Assembly (NCBI RefSeq): GCF_902459465.1
Contig: NC_047066.1
Location: forward strand, 7,192,001 to 7,256,000
Reading direction: 5' to 3'
DNA length: 64,000 bases
Source of the DNA: Asterias rubens
Lineage: Eukaryota
Made by a program: the position numbers and the translations under genes. The first letter of the stretch is position 1. Each line of letters opens with the position of its first letter. The notes beneath the pieces were generated by a model that was given only the letters and a program-made list of their open reading frames with translations, was not told where the DNA came from and made no database searches. This document shows positions 62,265-64,000 of the stretch, piece by piece.

Positions 62265-62606
62265 TATAGACGATGTGACCTGTGACATCACTTGTATACA
62301 AAAGAGCCACCAAGCCTGGACATCCTGCAGGCACGATTTGTACACAGCCTAATGGAAAAATACATAAAATCTTATACTTTATGGAGATTGCACGCACTGT
62401 CCATTTGTTATCAACATTATATGATGAAAGGGGGCACACCTCAAAACTTGTCCAGCTTTTACTTTCATAACTCTTTGATTTATGCGGAAATTATGACACA
62501 AAATATCAAGTTTCCCATATGACCAGCGCAGTATCTTGCCTGCCATAATACCCAAAGAATGCACAAGGTCATACTTATTGTAAACAAAGTTCACATGGTC
62601 TCTATA
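62265..62606. mobile_element. MITE with TATAGAC(C/G)ATGTGA TIRs; related fragment at ~56030-56120
   Basis: tatagacgatgtgac ... ttcacatggtctctata. The internal block cctgtgac.tcac..aaaagagccac.aagcctggac.tcctgca recurs at 56031. Confidence 0.55.
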
Positions 62607-63868
62607 GTCTTATTGATGATTCCTGGGCCCAATTTTATAGAGCTGCTGTCCAAAAGCACAAAAAGTAAGAGGTACCCTTCCCCAACTATTTCCCCTGAAT
62701 AAGAACGAGGTAATGCTGAAGAAATGGAATTGTCTTTTTGGGCTCCCATCAGTTATTTACAAGACGCGCGCTTTCCTTATGGGGTTTCAATTAGGCTGAA
62801 GGAGCCCATGGCGAAGCCCAAGCCAAATGACGTGGTTTCGAAAAGGCACATAGAATGATTGTGTTTGGGCGCGATAAGCGCATAAATCCGCGGTAAGCAG
62901 AGCCATGACAGTGGACCCATGATTTTTTATAGTATATACAGTAAAAATCAACATTACATCAGACTGCATATAAGGCTTTGATGTTGGTTTTGGAAGAGTG
63001 TGTGTTTTTGTTCAGATTATTTCAATTATGTAGCCCACTTTTTGCTTTGGGTAGTCCAGTCAGTGATAGGGCTAATTTGATGTGATTTTGTACCAAGTTT
63101 TGTATAATTTTTGTATTTTTAGGGCAGTGAGTTTCCGTACATTCCAGTTTCCAACCAAAGTCGAATGTGAAGTTATTCACTTTGGAGGTAAATTATCATC
63201 GTCTGAAATGGTCACTTAAAACTCGAAACTCAACCTATTCGATGTATTATATTATTTGTGCGTAGGCCTATATGTTAAACAAATCTCGCAAACCTTCTCA
63301 AAATTGCAAGAAGTTTTCACCAATTCTCACTCTTGGTATTACACAATTCCGTCCTCCCTCGAAAGCTCTGATTTCAGTGTGGAAAAAACCTCAGTTTGTC
63401 TTATCTTAATAATAGCACTTCGATTTTCTTGGCCATCATTGTGTAACAGAGAGCGATAATTTAATAGCACAGGTTTTACAATGGAGAACGGGTGGTTAAA
63501 AGCACACTCCGACACGCTGATGGATCAAATTATGAACAAGACATGTCCCAATTGTCATTCCGCTGGTACCGTCACGGCTCTGTTAAGTCTCGCACAGGGG
63601 AGAATACATCGCCAGGACGTGACTTTGACGAGAAGCGGGAATTTTAGCAGGCGGTATCTGTTCTGTTATAAAATAGTGACAAGACAGAAGGGTGAATTTA
63701 GGTGCGTTACAGGCTGACCAGTTTCAAGCAAAGCCTTCCATTGTTAAACACGTTTTGGATGAACGTTATGTTGTTAAAAAAAAAAAAAAAAAAAAGAGAA
63801 AGGAAGATGGGACAAAAAAGGCGCGATTATAACGATGTATGAAATGTGTTTTGTTTCTTTCTGGTGTC

Positions 63869-63883
63869 GGCGCCGCAGCGTCT
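63869..63883 (+). promoter_or_regulatory. BMP-responsive element (Smad1/5-Smad4 composite)
   Basis: GGCGCC-gcagc-GTCT is an exact match to GGCGCC-N5-GTCT and lies in a GC-rich non-repeat island. Confidence 0.5.
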
Positions 63884-64000
63884 CTTTAGTGGTGGGACTG
63901 GTGCGGAACCGAAATGTGATTTGTTCCCGGTCGTGATTTCTGGAAAACAGACGATTTTTACGTTCTGGGTTTTGTTGTGTATGCTTTGCGCTGCTCGTGA

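Overview
AT-rich animal genomic DNA with one protein-coding gene: a T-box transcription factor of the Tbx2/3 (omb) subfamily on the minus strand. I assembled five complete coding exons (32169-31811, 28474-28207, 10706-10560, 2982-2906, 1604-1486) and the start of a sixth (35-1, running off the window). All have canonical GT-AG sites and compatible phases. The N-terminus (MAYAPMLPPRLSDFSVNSLL) suggests an echinoderm, probably a sea star; this is inference from memory of such proteins, not a database result. The ~32 kb upstream contains no recognisable gene. It holds about 16 copies of a ~380-bp TTAA-flanked Kolobok-type MITE, other MITE families and GC-rich islands that look regulatory. The same MITE is nearly absent from the gene body. 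Best leads: (1) relic Penelope-type minimal hammerhead ribozymes in inverted pairs, one inside intron 5; (2) a CAGCAG tandem acceptor at the T-box junction where vertebrate TBX3 has its +2a insert; (3) a candidate BMP/Smad regulatory landscape, with one exact GGCGCC-N5-GTCT element and four TGGCGCCA palindromes; (4) T-box site clusters suggesting autoregulation; (5) a 64-nt GC-rich intronic hairpin. I found no clearly novel protein-coding system. All regulatory calls are motif-level hypotheses.
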